Source: Candidatus Omnitrophota bacterium (lineage in GTDB: Bacteria > Ratteibacteria > UBA8468 > B48-G9 > JAFGKM01). Taken from it: a DNA stretch of 52,003 nt. Below, piece by piece: positions 16,132 to 25,801 of the stretch. Every line of letters begins with the position of its first letter. Position 1 is the stretch's first letter. Location: the NCBI GenBank assembly GCA_023819545.1, contig JAMWCA010000001.1, positions 1-52,003 on the forward strand. Reading direction: 5' to 3'. A program made the translations under genes and the position numbers. Below the pieces are notes generated by a model. It had not been told where the DNA came from. It saw only the letters and a list, made by a program, of their open reading frames with translations, and ran no database searches.

Positions 16132-17105
16132 AGCAAAAATTTTTGATAATTAAGTTTATTTGTTTTTTCAATAATCACTTTATCTATTATTTCTCCTTTC
16201 AATTTTTTTAAAGCACATAACTGACTTTTTTTTAAGTAAGAACCATAAATTTCAAAAACAAGATTATCAATTTCCCCTTTTATTACACCTACTATTTCTG
16301 GACTTTCTTCTGAAAATATTAAAATATCATTCCCGTTACAAAAATTTATGATTTTTTTTGTTTCTTCTTCATCTCTTGTAATAATTAATTTTGTTTTTTT
16401 TGAAATTCTGAAATGTCTTCCTATTTGAAGGATGTAACAGTCATTTAAATTTATTTTTTCAGAATTTTCAAATAAATCCTTTAGTTTTTTACTAAAAATT
16501 TTGTCTGTTAAAAGACATCCTCCAGATGGTGTTCCAATGTATTTCAAATTTTTCATTTCAGCAAGATAAATTTGTAATTTCCTTTCTCTTCCTTTAATTC
16601 CAAGTAAAAGTTCTCTTTTTACTATTCCTTTTTTTTCTGCCTCAGTTGGTAATAAATTTAATGCTGTCAGAGGTCTTAAAAGTTTTCCCTCTAATGATGA
16701 CTCTTGTTCTATAATTTTTAAAGCTTTTAAATTTTGTGATTTACCTCTCTGTTCAAGAACTTCTCCAGTAAAAACAAATTCAGCATTTTCTTTTTCCATA
16801 ATTTCTTTTGCTTTTTTTAACATATATATGTGACAATCAATACATGGATTAAGATTTTTCCCATAGCCATATTTAGGATTTCTCAAAATTTCAATATAAT
16901 CATCCTCTACCTCAATAATCATAAGTTTAAAATTCATTTCCCTTGAGATTTTTTCTAAATTTCTTATTATTTGTTCACTAAATTTGGGAATAAATGGTGT
17001 CTTTATAAAAATCCCTATAATTTCAAAACCCTGTTCTTTTATCAATTGAAGTGCAAGAATACTATCAAGACCTCCAGATATTAAACCTATTGCTAATTTT
17101 TTCAT
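16128..17105 (-). CDS. PP-loop ATP pyrophosphatase, ThiI/MnmA-like putative sulfurtransferase
   Basis: 325 aa. PP-loop SGGLDS near the N-terminus, conserved Cys motifs NPCIDCH and GGCLLTD, and a TGEVLEQRGKSQ segment resembling the ThiI PP-loop domain. Confidence 0.65.
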   Translation of the reverse strand: MKKLAIGLISGGLDSILALQLIKEQGFEIIGIFIKTPFIPKFSEQIIRNLEKISREMNFKLMIIEVEDDYIEILRNPKYGYGKNLNPCIDCHIYMLKKAKEIMEKENAEFVFTGEVLEQRGKSQNLKALKIIEQESSLEGKLLRPLTALNLLPTEAEKKGIVKRELLLGIKGRERKLQIYLAEMKNLKYIGTPSGGCLLTDKIFSKKLKDLFENSEKINLNDCYILQIGRHFRISKKTKLIITRDEEETKKIINFCNGNDILIFSEESPEIVGVIKGEIDNLVFEIYGSYLKKSQLCALKKLKGEIIDKVIIEKTNKLNYQKFLL

Positions 17106-17147
17106 TTTCTTAAATAAATTTTATCATTTTTATGATATAATTAAACT

Positions 17148-18197
17148 ATGAAAACAATCATAATTACTGGTCCTACAGGTGGACATTTTTTTCCAGGACT
17201 TGCAATTGGAGAAAACTTAAAAGATTATTTTGAAATTAAATTCCTTGTTCCTAAAAGAAAATATATAATTAATCATCTTAAAAAAAGGAATTTTTCATTT
17301 ATTGTTATCCCATCAGTTAGAATTACAAAGAAAAATTTTATTTTTTCTATTTCCCAATTTTTTTTCTTAATAATTTTTTCAATTTTTTTATTTATTAAAG
17401 AAAAACCAAGAATAATTATTGGAACGGGAAGTTATGTTTGTGTTCCTTTTATTATTGGAAGTAGAATTTTATGTAAGAAAATAATAATACATGAACAAAA
17501 CTATATTCCAGGAAAAACAACAAAAATATTGGCTCCATTTACTAATTTTATATTTTTAACTTTCCCTTACAAAAACAGATTACCAATTAGAAAATGTATT
17601 GTAACAGGATTTCCATTAATATCTGATTTTAAAAAAAATTTTTCAAAGGAAGAAATACAAAAAGAACTCGGTCTTGAGAATATGAAAACAATTTTAGTTT
17701 TAGGTGGGAGTCAGGGAGCTTCTTTTATAAATAAACTAATTATAAATAATCTTGACTATTTTAGAGAAAAAGGATTTCAAATAGTTATTATTGCAGGAAA
17801 AGATAAAAATTCTGTTGAAAATAAATTTATTGAAAAAAATATAAAAGGGAAGGTCTATGATTTTTTTTATGAAATGAATAAATTATATATATTAGCAGAT
17901 TTTGTTATTTGTAGAGCAGGAGCAGGAACTATTGTAGAACTTGTTGAAAAAGAAATTCCTGCTTTTTTAATTCCGTATCCATATGCAAGAGGTCATCAAA
18001 TTGAAAATGCTTTATATCTAAAGAAAATCGGATGTAGTTTTTTTGTAAAAGAGGAGGAAATCAATTCAGAAAATTTTACTTTTTTATTTGAAGAATTTTT
18101 AAAGGAAAGTTTTAAGATAAGGGAAAATCTGAAGAAAATTAAGCTTTCTGATAAAGGAGAAATAAAAGAATTTATTCTAAATTTCTCTAAAAAATAA
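17148..18197 (+). CDS. murG: UDP-N-acetylglucosamine--lipid I GlcNAc transferase
   Basis: 349 aa with GPTGGHFFPGLAI near the N-terminus, LVLGGSQGA and RAGAGTIVEL motifs. Adjacent to murC. Confidence 0.85.
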   Translation: MKTIIITGPTGGHFFPGLAIGENLKDYFEIKFLVPKRKYIINHLKKRNFSFIVIPSVRITKKNFIFSISQFFFLIIFSIFLFIKEKPRIIIGTGSYVCVPFIIGSRILCKKIIIHEQNYIPGKTTKILAPFTNFIFLTFPYKNRLPIRKCIVTGFPLISDFKKNFSKEEIQKELGLENMKTILVLGGSQGASFINKLIINNLDYFREKGFQIVIIAGKDKNSVENKFIEKNIKGKVYDFFYEMNKLYILADFVICRAGAGTIVELVEKEIPAFLIPYPYARGHQIENALYLKKIGCSFFVKEEEINSENFTFLFEEFLKESFKIRENLKKIKLSDKGEIKEFILNFSKK

Positions 18198-18198
18198 A

Positions 18199-19581
18199 AT
18201 GGGAGATTTTATTAAAAAATCTAATAGAATTCATTTGATAGGAATTGGGGGAATTGGTGTAAGCGGGCTTGCTAAAATTTTGATACACCTTGGGAAAAAA
18301 ATCTCTGGTTCAGATAATAATTATTCTCCGATAATAAAAAAACTTAGAAGGTTAGGGATAGAGGTATATATTGGTCAAAAAGAACAAAATATAAACTCCA
18401 ATATAGACCTAGTAATTTACTCGCAAGCGATTTTACCTGATAATCCAGAGTATAAAAAGGCAAAAGAATTGAATATTCCAGTTTTGAGTTATCCAGAAGC
18501 AGTTGGCGAAATAATGAGAGAAAAAAGAGGGATTGTTGTTTCTGGAACTCATGGTAAAACAACAACTTCTGCTTTAGTAGTTTGTCTTTTAAAATCATTA
18601 AAATTATCTCCTTCTTTTTTAATCGGAGGAGAAATAATAAATTTAGGTAATTCTGGGGTTGGGAAAAGCGACCTTCTTGTTGTTGAAGGTTGTGAATATA
18701 AAAGGTCATTTTTAAATTATCATCCAGAGATCGCTATTATTACAAATATTGAAAAAGACCATCTTGATTATTACAAAGATATCAATGATATAAAAAGTGC
18801 ATTTTTACAATTTACAAAAAATATAAAATCAAATGGTATTTTAATTTATTGTGGTGAAGATATAAATTTGAAAAGTATAGCAAAAAATTTGAAGATTAAT
18901 AGTTTTTCTTATGGTTTTGGACGATATAATATAACTGCATCAAATTTTAAAACAATTGGTAAAATTACAGAATTTGATTCTTTTTACAATGGAAATAAAC
19001 TTGGAAAGGTTAAGGTAAACTTATGGGGTAGACATAATGTATTAAACTCTTTATCTGTTATTGGAGTTGGAATTTATCTTGGTTTATACTGGAGAGAGAT
19101 TAAAAAGGGATTAGAAAGTTTTAAAGGAGTTCATAGAAGATGTGAAATTTTAGGGGAAAAGGAAGGCATTATTGTTATAGATGATTATGGACATCATCCC
19201 ACAGAAATAAAAGCAACATTAAAATGTATAAGAGATGTATTTCCAAACAAAAGATTGATAGTTGTCTTTCAGCCACATCAATATAGTAGAACCAGATTTT
19301 TATTGAAGGACTTTGCAAATTCTTTTTCTCTTGCAGATAAAGTTGTTGTTCCAGATATATATTTTGTCAGGGATTCACTTATTGAAAAAAAATTTGTAAA
19401 TTCAGAAATTCTCGTTGAAAAAATAAGAAAAAACGGGAAAGAGGCAATTTATATTTCATCTTTCAGAGAGATAGTTGAATATCTTTTAGAGATCAAAAAA
19501 GAAGGAGATATAATTTTAACTATTGGTGCTGGTCCTGTTGATAGAGTTGCAAAAGAATTTTTAAAAAGATTGAAAAAATGA
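18199..19581 (+). CDS. murC: UDP-N-acetylmuramate--L-alanine ligase
   Basis: 460 aa with HLIGIGGIGVSGLA and the P-loop VSGTHGKTTTSAL. Mur ligase layout. Confidence 0.88.
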   Translation: MGDFIKKSNRIHLIGIGGIGVSGLAKILIHLGKKISGSDNNYSPIIKKLRRLGIEVYIGQKEQNINSNIDLVIYSQAILPDNPEYKKAKELNIPVLSYPEAVGEIMREKRGIVVSGTHGKTTTSALVVCLLKSLKLSPSFLIGGEIINLGNSGVGKSDLLVVEGCEYKRSFLNYHPEIAIITNIEKDHLDYYKDINDIKSAFLQFTKNIKSNGILIYCGEDINLKSIAKNLKINSFSYGFGRYNITASNFKTIGKITEFDSFYNGNKLGKVKVNLWGRHNVLNSLSVIGVGIYLGLYWREIKKGLESFKGVHRRCEILGEKEGIIVIDDYGHHPTEIKATLKCIRDVFPNKRLIVVFQPHQYSRTRFLLKDFANSFSLADKVVVPDIYFVRDSLIEKKFVNSEILVEKIRKNGKEAIYISSFREIVEYLLEIKKEGDIILTIGAGPVDRVAKEFLKRLKK

Positions 19582-20249
19582 AAAAGTTAATACTTACAAA
19601 AAAAGAAATAATGAGGATAGAGAAGGAAACAATGGAGAAATTTGGTATTAGTAATTTAATTCTTATGGAAAACGCGGGAAGAGAGAGTTTTTATATAATA
19701 AAAAAAGAATTAAAAAATATAAAAAATAGAAAATTTTTTGTTTTTTGTGGAAAGGGGAATAATGGAGGAGATGGTTTTGTTTTATCAAGATATTTATTTA
19801 ATTATGGAGTAGATGTAAAAGTTTTTTATTTTGGCGAAATAAGTAATTTTACAGAGATTTCTTTGATAAATTTTAATATTCTGAAGAAATTAAAAATTGA
19901 CATAGAAAGGATAAATGTTTTAAAATTAAAAAATATGAATATTGGAAGTGCTGATGTAGTAATAGATGCAATTTTGGGAATAGGTATAAAAGGAATAATA
20001 GAGGGTGAAATGAAGGATGTGATAGAATTTATAAATAAAAATTCAAATTTTATTATTTCAATAGATATACCTTCTGGTCTTGATGCAGATACTGGAGAGA
20101 TATATGGTATTTGTGTTAAAAGTAATTTAACAATAAGTATGGGTTTTTTAAAAAAGGGATTTTTTATTGGTAAAGGACCAGAATATACAGGAAAAATTAA
20201 AATAGCAGATATTGGGTTTCCAAAATTTTATTATGAAGAAGATAATTAA
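19578..20249 (+). CDS. nnrE: NAD(P)H-hydrate epimerase (YjeF N-terminal domain only)
   Basis: 223 aa with the diagnostic CGKGNNGGDGFVLSRYL motif. No C-terminal dehydratase domain. Confidence 0.8.
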   Translation: MKKLILTKKEIMRIEKETMEKFGISNLILMENAGRESFYIIKKELKNIKNRKFFVFCGKGNNGGDGFVLSRYLFNYGVDVKVFYFGEISNFTEISLINFNILKKLKIDIERINVLKLKNMNIGSADVVIDAILGIGIKGIIEGEMKDVIEFINKNSNFIISIDIPSGLDADTGEIYGICVKSNLTISMGFLKKGFFIGKGPEYTGKIKIADIGFPKFYYEEDN

Positions 20250-22881
20250 ATTTTTTGTCTGTTTTATTATATTATCCTATAGTTTATTTTCTGAAAAAAA
20301 TGTGATTCTTTTTGGAACAAAAGAAAAGAAGATTGAATTTATAAAAAAAGTTCTAAATAATAAAGATAAAGTTTATTTAAAAGAAATCGCCACTTTTTTA
20401 GATGACGAGGATAAGGAGATTAGAACTTTAGCATCTTTGACCCTTTATGAAATTGGAGATGCTACATGTATTGATTACTATAAAAAATCAATTGGAGATT
20501 CTTACTGGCAGGTAAGATTATATGGAATAAAAGGACTTGTAAAATATGGAGAAGGCAATATTTTAGAAGATTTATTTAATTCTCTTCAAGACCCTTATTG
20601 GCAGGTAAGATATTATTCTGCTATAGGTATTGGTAAATATGGTAATGAAGATTCCATCACAAAGATTATTTCACACCTTAATGATTCAAATTTAGAAGTA
20701 AAAAAGGCACTTTTAATTTCTTTGAAAAGATTATTATGGAAAAATGTAACACGTTTTAATTTTAAATCAATGAATGAGAATCAATTAAAAGAACTTTTTA
20801 ATTGTTTTGATGGAGAAGATGAAATAAAATTACTCACAATTTCTATTTTTGAAAATGCAAACGATGAAAGAGCTGTTCCTTATCTTCTAAAATTGTTAGG
20901 GGATAAAAGTGATGAAGTAAAAATTAAGTCGCTGTGGGCACTTGAGAGATTTAAGGTAGGGAAAACTGAAGAAATTGGAGGTTTATTAAATGAACCATCT
21001 GTAAAAGTTAAGATTGAAGCGATTAAAACATTAATAAGATTAAAAGGTGAAGGAGAGATAGACAGTTTAATAAAAGGATTGAGCGATGAAAATGAAAGTG
21101 TAAGGATATACTCTTTATGGGCTCTTGAAAAGTTTAAAAATCCTCTTTCTTATCCAGAAATTATCAAGTGTATTGCAGATAAGTCGTCAAAAGTTAGAGA
21201 AGAAGCGATTAATATTATTGAAAGAATAAATGATCCTTTATTTATTCCTATTTTAGAAAAATTTATTGAGAATAAAGAAATAGATATAGAATTTAGAAAA
21301 CTTGCGATTGTTGAACTTGGTAAAATTGGTAGTTCAGATATTGAAAAAACTAAAAGCATACTAAGGAGATATTTAAAGAGTAATAATAAAGAAATCAGAT
21401 ATGCTTCTATTGAAGGTTATTATTATCTTGATATGTTTGATGATTATTATATAAAAAATCTTGTATATATGGAAAAAAATGATCCGGAGCCAAGAATTAG
21501 AAAATGCAGTTCAAGATATTTAAGAGAAATTATAAAAGAATGTATAGTTAAATTGAACAATGTTAATGAAAAAGAGAGGAGATTTATTATAGACAAGGTT
21601 GATAATTTTATAGGAAGTGATGCGATAAATAGTTTACTAGTAAAAATGTTTTATAGTAAATATCCTGAAGTTAGAGAAAAAGCACTTCTTGTTTTGAAAG
21701 AAAATCCAAAAAAGATATTTTCTAAAAATGTAAGAGAACTTTCAAGAGAAGCCGATATAGAACTGAAGAAATTATCTGCTATAATTTTAGGAGAAATTCA
21801 AGATAAAAATTCAATTGGAATTTTAAAACAAGGATTGGTTCACTTTGATCCTGAATATCAACTAATATGTGCGCACTCGCTTGCAAAGATGGGAAGAGAA
21901 GATGGGATTGATATAATTATGAGAAATATTAATAACGAAAATACTCTTTTTCAAAAAATTGCAGTTGAGTCACTTGTTTATCTAAACAAATCTTTATATT
22001 CATCAATTTTTTTAAGGAAACTTTATGATTCAGAACTTGAGATAAAAATGATTTCTGCATGGGGACTTGCAAGATTAGGAAATTTAACGGGTCTTGAAAT
22101 TCTTGTTAGATTATCTGAAACAAATATTGAGCCACTTAGAACTCTTTCAAATATATATTTTAAAGATCAAAAAATACCCTTAAGTTTAAAAAATAAGATT
22201 CCTTCTATAAGAGAGGAGATATATAGAAATAAAATAGGGATTCAGGAAGTCACTCCTAAAAAAATCTATTCATATAAAGTAGATGTTCCTATTGAAATAG
22301 ATGGAAAGGATAATGAAGGAATATGGAAGATGATTGAACAAACAAATGGGTTTATAACTATAGAAGGAGAAAAAGTATTGGTTGATGCTCAAACCAAAAT
22401 AGCAAGTGTTTATGATAATGAAAATATCTATTTTTTAATTATATGCAAAAATCCATCAAATAGTTTAATAAACTATGACACAAGAGATTTTATAACAATA
22501 TCTTTAAATCCTAAGAATTCTTTAAATGAATGGTATCAATTTGTTTTTCATCCGCTTAAGTATGTTTTCCCTCTATCATCAGATGTAAAATATCTTAAAT
22601 ATAGCTATATTTGGAAGTTTTATAGATATGAAGAACCTGATAAATTATGGAATTCTGATTGGAAAGTAGAAACAGATGTCTTTTCCTCAGGTATAGTAAG
22701 AAGATTTATTGCAGAAATATCTATTCCTCTTAAAGATATTAAGGTTGAAAAAATTGAAAAAGGTAATCAATGGGCAATAAACTTTCAGAGAGAAATAAAT
22801 AATTATATTACATCAACATGGACAGGTAGAATAGATATTCCAGAACAATTTGGTTTAATTATTTTTAAGGAGAGTTTATGA
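20233..22881 (+). CDS. secreted HEAT-repeat protein with C-terminal CBM9/DOMON-like domain
   Basis: About 882 aa from the ATG at 20233 (the track uses a TTG at 20212). Signal peptide MKKIIKFFVCFIILSYSLFS. Many PBS-lyase-type HEAT repeats (DSYWQVRLYGIKGLVKYG, DPYWQVRYYSAIGIGKYG, SDEVKIKSLWALERF, NESVRIYSLWALEKF...). C-terminal IEIDGKDNEGIW...VYDNENIYFLI...WAINFQRE resembles carbohydrate-binding family 9-like modules. Confidence 0.6.
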   Translation: MKKIIKFFVCFIILSYSLFSEKNVILFGTKEKKIEFIKKVLNNKDKVYLKEIATFLDDEDKEIRTLASLTLYEIGDATCIDYYKKSIGDSYWQVRLYGIKGLVKYGEGNILEDLFNSLQDPYWQVRYYSAIGIGKYGNEDSITKIISHLNDSNLEVKKALLISLKRLLWKNVTRFNFKSMNENQLKELFNCFDGEDEIKLLTISIFENANDERAVPYLLKLLGDKSDEVKIKSLWALERFKVGKTEEIGGLLNEPSVKVKIEAIKTLIRLKGEGEIDSLIKGLSDENESVRIYSLWALEKFKNPLSYPEIIKCIADKSSKVREEAINIIERINDPLFIPILEKFIENKEIDIEFRKLAIVELGKIGSSDIEKTKSILRRYLKSNNKEIRYASIEGYYYLDMFDDYYIKNLVYMEKNDPEPRIRKCSSRYLREIIKECIVKLNNVNEKERRFIIDKVDNFIGSDAINSLLVKMFYSKYPEVREKALLVLKENPKKIFSKNVRELSREADIELKKLSAIILGEIQDKNSIGILKQGLVHFDPEYQLICAHSLAKMGREDGIDIIMRNINNENTLFQKIAVESLVYLNKSLYSSIFLRKLYDSELEIKMISAWGLARLGNLTGLEILVRLSETNIEPLRTLSNIYFKDQKIPLSLKNKIPSIREEIYRNKIGIQEVTPKKIYSYKVDVPIEIDGKDNEGIWKMIEQTNGFITIEGEKVLVDAQTKIASVYDNENIYFLIICKNPSNSLINYDTRDFITISLNPKNSLNEWYQFVFHPLKYVFPLSSDVKYLKYSYIWKFYRYEEPDKLWNSDWKVETDVFSSGIVRRFIAEISIPLKDIKVEKIEKGNQWAINFQREINNYITSTWTGRIDIPEQFGLIIFKESL

Positions 22882-24704
22882 GAAAAATTATATTTACATT
22901 ATTTTTTGTTGTTTTTTCTAATATTTTGTTGAGTGCAGGATGGTATGAAAAAAATAAGAAACTTTCAATAATTTTCCCCAATGATGTTTGGAAATATATT
23001 GAAAAAGCAAACTATTATTCAAATAAAAATGATATAAAAAAAGCAGACCAATACTTAAGGATTGCATTAGAAAAAACAGAAAAATGTGAACCCTTTACTC
23101 CTTCTAATTGGCCTTTTGGATGGCCAAGGGATAAAGAAAGTTTAAAATATTTGAAATATGGAACACCAACTGCTTTTATTAATAGAATAATTGGTGACTT
23201 TTGCTTAGAAGTAGGTTATATAAAAGAAAGTGTGAAACATTTTGAAACTTATTTAAGTAAATGTATAATACCAGATTCAGATTACTATATGCTTCTTGCA
23301 CAGATTTATGAAAAAGAAGGTATGTACAATCAAGCACTTAATCTATATTATGAAATTTCAAAATTTATTGAAAATAAAAATTATTGGGGAACAGAATATT
23401 CAATAAATTTTATAGAAAGAAAAATAAAAAATTTAAGTTTATTATTTAAAAAGAATAGAATTGTTATTTTAAAGCCTACTTATATTGATATTCCTTCTTT
23501 TATTCAAACTGATTTTTTAAATATTTTCATAGATGAAGTTAATACTATAAAAAATATTACTGTTGTTCCACAAAAAGATTTTTTGAAGGTTTTGAGTGAA
23601 CAGAAGTTTATTGAAACTTTTTTAGAAGATGAAGAACTCGCTATAGCGGGTAAAATTTTGAATGCTGATTATGCTTTAAGACCTTCGCTTGCTAAAATAG
23701 TAGATACATATGTTTTTAATGTAGATGTTTTTTCAATCAATAAGAAAAAATGGATTGAACAGTATGAATATAAAACAGATGATATGAGATATATTCCAAA
23801 TATGGTTAAAAGATTTATAGTGAGTTTTCAGGGACTTGATATTCCTTCTTCATTATATTTACCTGAAACAAAATTTTTGTGGAGCTATGAAACAGATGAC
23901 CTTATAAATGATCTTAGGACTTCAAAAGACAAAAAAAAGATTTTAATTGGGTGTGATTCTGGGACTGTTTATTTATTAAATAATAATGGGATTCTATTAA
24001 CGAGATTAAATAGACCAGAAAAAATTATAAAAGTTTCAATCTCGCCTGAAGGAAATTATTTTTCATTTTTCACACTTGAAGGAATATTATATTTTTTATC
24101 AAAAAGCGGAAAGATTTTATGGACAAAGAAAACAGGAAACTTAGGAAGAGGGATAGGAATTTCAGAAGAGGGTAAATTTATAGTTGCAGGTATTGACCAA
24201 CGAATTATTTATATGGATAAAAAAGGAGAAATTTTTTGGGAATTGAATTTACCTGAAATTGTTTCTTTTGTTGATATAAAAGATGATGGAAGTTTAGTTT
24301 TTATTGGAACTGAAAAAGGAAAACTATATTGTTATAAAGATGATGGAAATTTAAACTGGGGAAAAGATGTAAATGGGTCTGTGATAGAAATTAAATCTGG
24401 AGAAAATTATATCTGTGTTGAAACAAACACAGGTATGATTTATTTGTATGATTTAAAGGGGAATGAATTAAAAAGATTTAAATGTGATGAAGAAATTAAT
24501 TTTAATATTTTTTCCTCGGAAATCTTTGATTTGATATCTGGAAAAAAAGGAAATTTTCTTTTTTTCCTTTCATATGATAAAAAGAGTTTATGGAGATATT
24601 TGTTAAAGGAAAGAGTAAAATTTTTATCATCTCTTCCAGATGGGAAATTTATTGTTTCTGCTGAAGAGAAAAACATATTAACCTTTTCAATTGTCTGGAA
24701 ATAA
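22878..24704 (+). CDS. secreted TPR-like + LpoB/CsgG-like + PQQ/BamB-like beta-propeller protein
   Basis: 608 aa with SD AAGGAG upstream and signal peptide MRKIIFTLFFVVFSNILLSA. Helical TPR-like N-terminal part, then a middle segment ...ELAIAGKILNADYALRPSLAKIVDTYVFNVDVFS... C-terminal repeats of the G.(I/L)Y.L...G.(I/L)W type. Confidence 0.55.
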   Translation: MRKIIFTLFFVVFSNILLSAGWYEKNKKLSIIFPNDVWKYIEKANYYSNKNDIKKADQYLRIALEKTEKCEPFTPSNWPFGWPRDKESLKYLKYGTPTAFINRIIGDFCLEVGYIKESVKHFETYLSKCIIPDSDYYMLLAQIYEKEGMYNQALNLYYEISKFIENKNYWGTEYSINFIERKIKNLSLLFKKNRIVILKPTYIDIPSFIQTDFLNIFIDEVNTIKNITVVPQKDFLKVLSEQKFIETFLEDEELAIAGKILNADYALRPSLAKIVDTYVFNVDVFSINKKKWIEQYEYKTDDMRYIPNMVKRFIVSFQGLDIPSSLYLPETKFLWSYETDDLINDLRTSKDKKKILIGCDSGTVYLLNNNGILLTRLNRPEKIIKVSISPEGNYFSFFTLEGILYFLSKSGKILWTKKTGNLGRGIGISEEGKFIVAGIDQRIIYMDKKGEIFWELNLPEIVSFVDIKDDGSLVFIGTEKGKLYCYKDDGNLNWGKDVNGSVIEIKSGENYICVETNTGMIYLYDLKGNELKRFKCDEEINFNIFSSEIFDLISGKKGNFLFFLSYDKKSLWRYLLKERVKFLSSLPDGKFIVSAEEKNILTFSIVWK

Positions 24705-24716
24705 AAATTTGTTTTG

Positions 24717-25370
24717 TTAGTGAAAATGTTTATATTCAGATTTTTGAGAAATAAAAAATAAAGGGAAAATTATATCACTTGCACAGCAAGGAATAATTAC
24801 AGCAAGAACCATATAAATTAAAACGCTTCCTATTTGATGAGTCCATTCAGTCAATCCAAAACTTATAAGATAAAAGATTGAGGCAATTGCGCTTATAAAA
24901 ACATGCAAAGAATGAGAAAAAATCACACCTTCTGATTTTTCAAGGGTTTCAGGTGCAACATAACCAACAAAAACACCTAAAAACAAAAAGGGAAGAATGA
25001 TTTGAGGATGTTGAATAATACAGATATGAAGTTCCATTTTTGCACCAAGTAAGAAACCAGAAATATATGGCATAAAAATATCGCTTATTCCACATATTCC
25101 AGCAGAACCAATAATTCCTATTATAAAAGCTTTTAAAAATTTCTTTTCATGTTTCCAGAACATTGTAGTCGTTGCTAATGCAGAAAAAAGTATATGACTT
25201 GGATGAAAAATATGAAAGAGTTCTTCAAAATATGTAGTTGGATTTTCAATTTCTAAGATTTCAACAATAAAATTTAGTATCCCAACAAAAATAAGTCCTA
25301 TAGAAACAGATAAAACAGAAAAAGGAAGATGATGAGAAAGTGATAATAATATATATTTAAACTTTTTCAT
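24717..25370 (-). CDS. His/Cys-rich polytopic membrane protein, putative metal-ion transporter (Fur operon)
   Basis: 217 aa with about 6 TM segments. Conserved-looking His/Cys residues lie in or near the membrane (HIFHPSH, HICIIQHP, SHSLH, PCCASD). GGAGG SD inside the fur 3' end and zero-nt spacing to the fur stop. Confidence 0.5.
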   Translation of the reverse strand: MKKFKYILLSLSHHLPFSVLSVSIGLIFVGILNFIVEILEIENPTTYFEELFHIFHPSHILFSALATTTMFWKHEKKFLKAFIIGIIGSAGICGISDIFMPYISGFLLGAKMELHICIIQHPQIILPFLFLGVFVGYVAPETLEKSEGVIFSHSLHVFISAIASIFYLISFGLTEWTHQIGSVLIYMVLAVIIPCCASDIIFPLFFISQKSEYKHFH

Positions 25371-25799
25371 TTATGCCTCCCTTTCACAATTCAGACATAT
25401 TCCCTTTAAAAAAATATGGTGTTCCTTAATATTAAATTCAGTTATTTTTTCTATTTGTTTTTTTAATTGTTCAAAATTACATAAATCAAAATCTCTTATT
25501 TTATGACATGAAATACAAATAATATGATGGTGGTGCTTTTTATTAGTTTTTTTACAGATTCCATAATAAAATCTATTTTCTTCTCCCTCAACCTTAGTTA
25601 AAATTCCAATTTTTTCAAATTTTTCAAGATTTCTATAAATAGTTGATAGTCCAATTTTTTTAAATTTTTTTTTCATAAATTCCCATATTTGGTGAGGAGT
25701 AAAATATTTATTGTTTTGTAAAAAATAATTGATTATAGAAACCCTTTTTGGAGTTATTTTCAATTTGTTTTTTCTCAATATTTTTTTATATTTTTCCAT
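25371..25799 (-). CDS. fur: Fur-family metalloregulator
   Basis: 142 aa with winged-helix N-terminus (KITPKRVSIINYF...STIYRNLEKFEKIGIL), HHHHIICISC and CLNC metal-site motifs. Confidence 0.85.
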   Translation of the reverse strand: MEKYKKILRKNKLKITPKRVSIINYFLQNNKYFTPHQIWEFMKKKFKKIGLSTIYRNLEKFEKIGILTKVEGEENRFYYGICKKTNKKHHHHIICISCHKIRDFDLCNFEQLKKQIEKITEFNIKEHHIFLKGICLNCEREA

Positions 25800-25801
25800 T
25801 C

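Noticed and set aside
20212-20232. TTG start of the HEAT-repeat ORF, and likewise the TTG at 50390 for fabD
   Set aside because: Downstream ATGs (20233, 50420) give a canonical signal peptide and the conserved FabD N-terminus (MKISVVFPGQASQ) respectively, with shorter, typical overlaps with the upstream genes.
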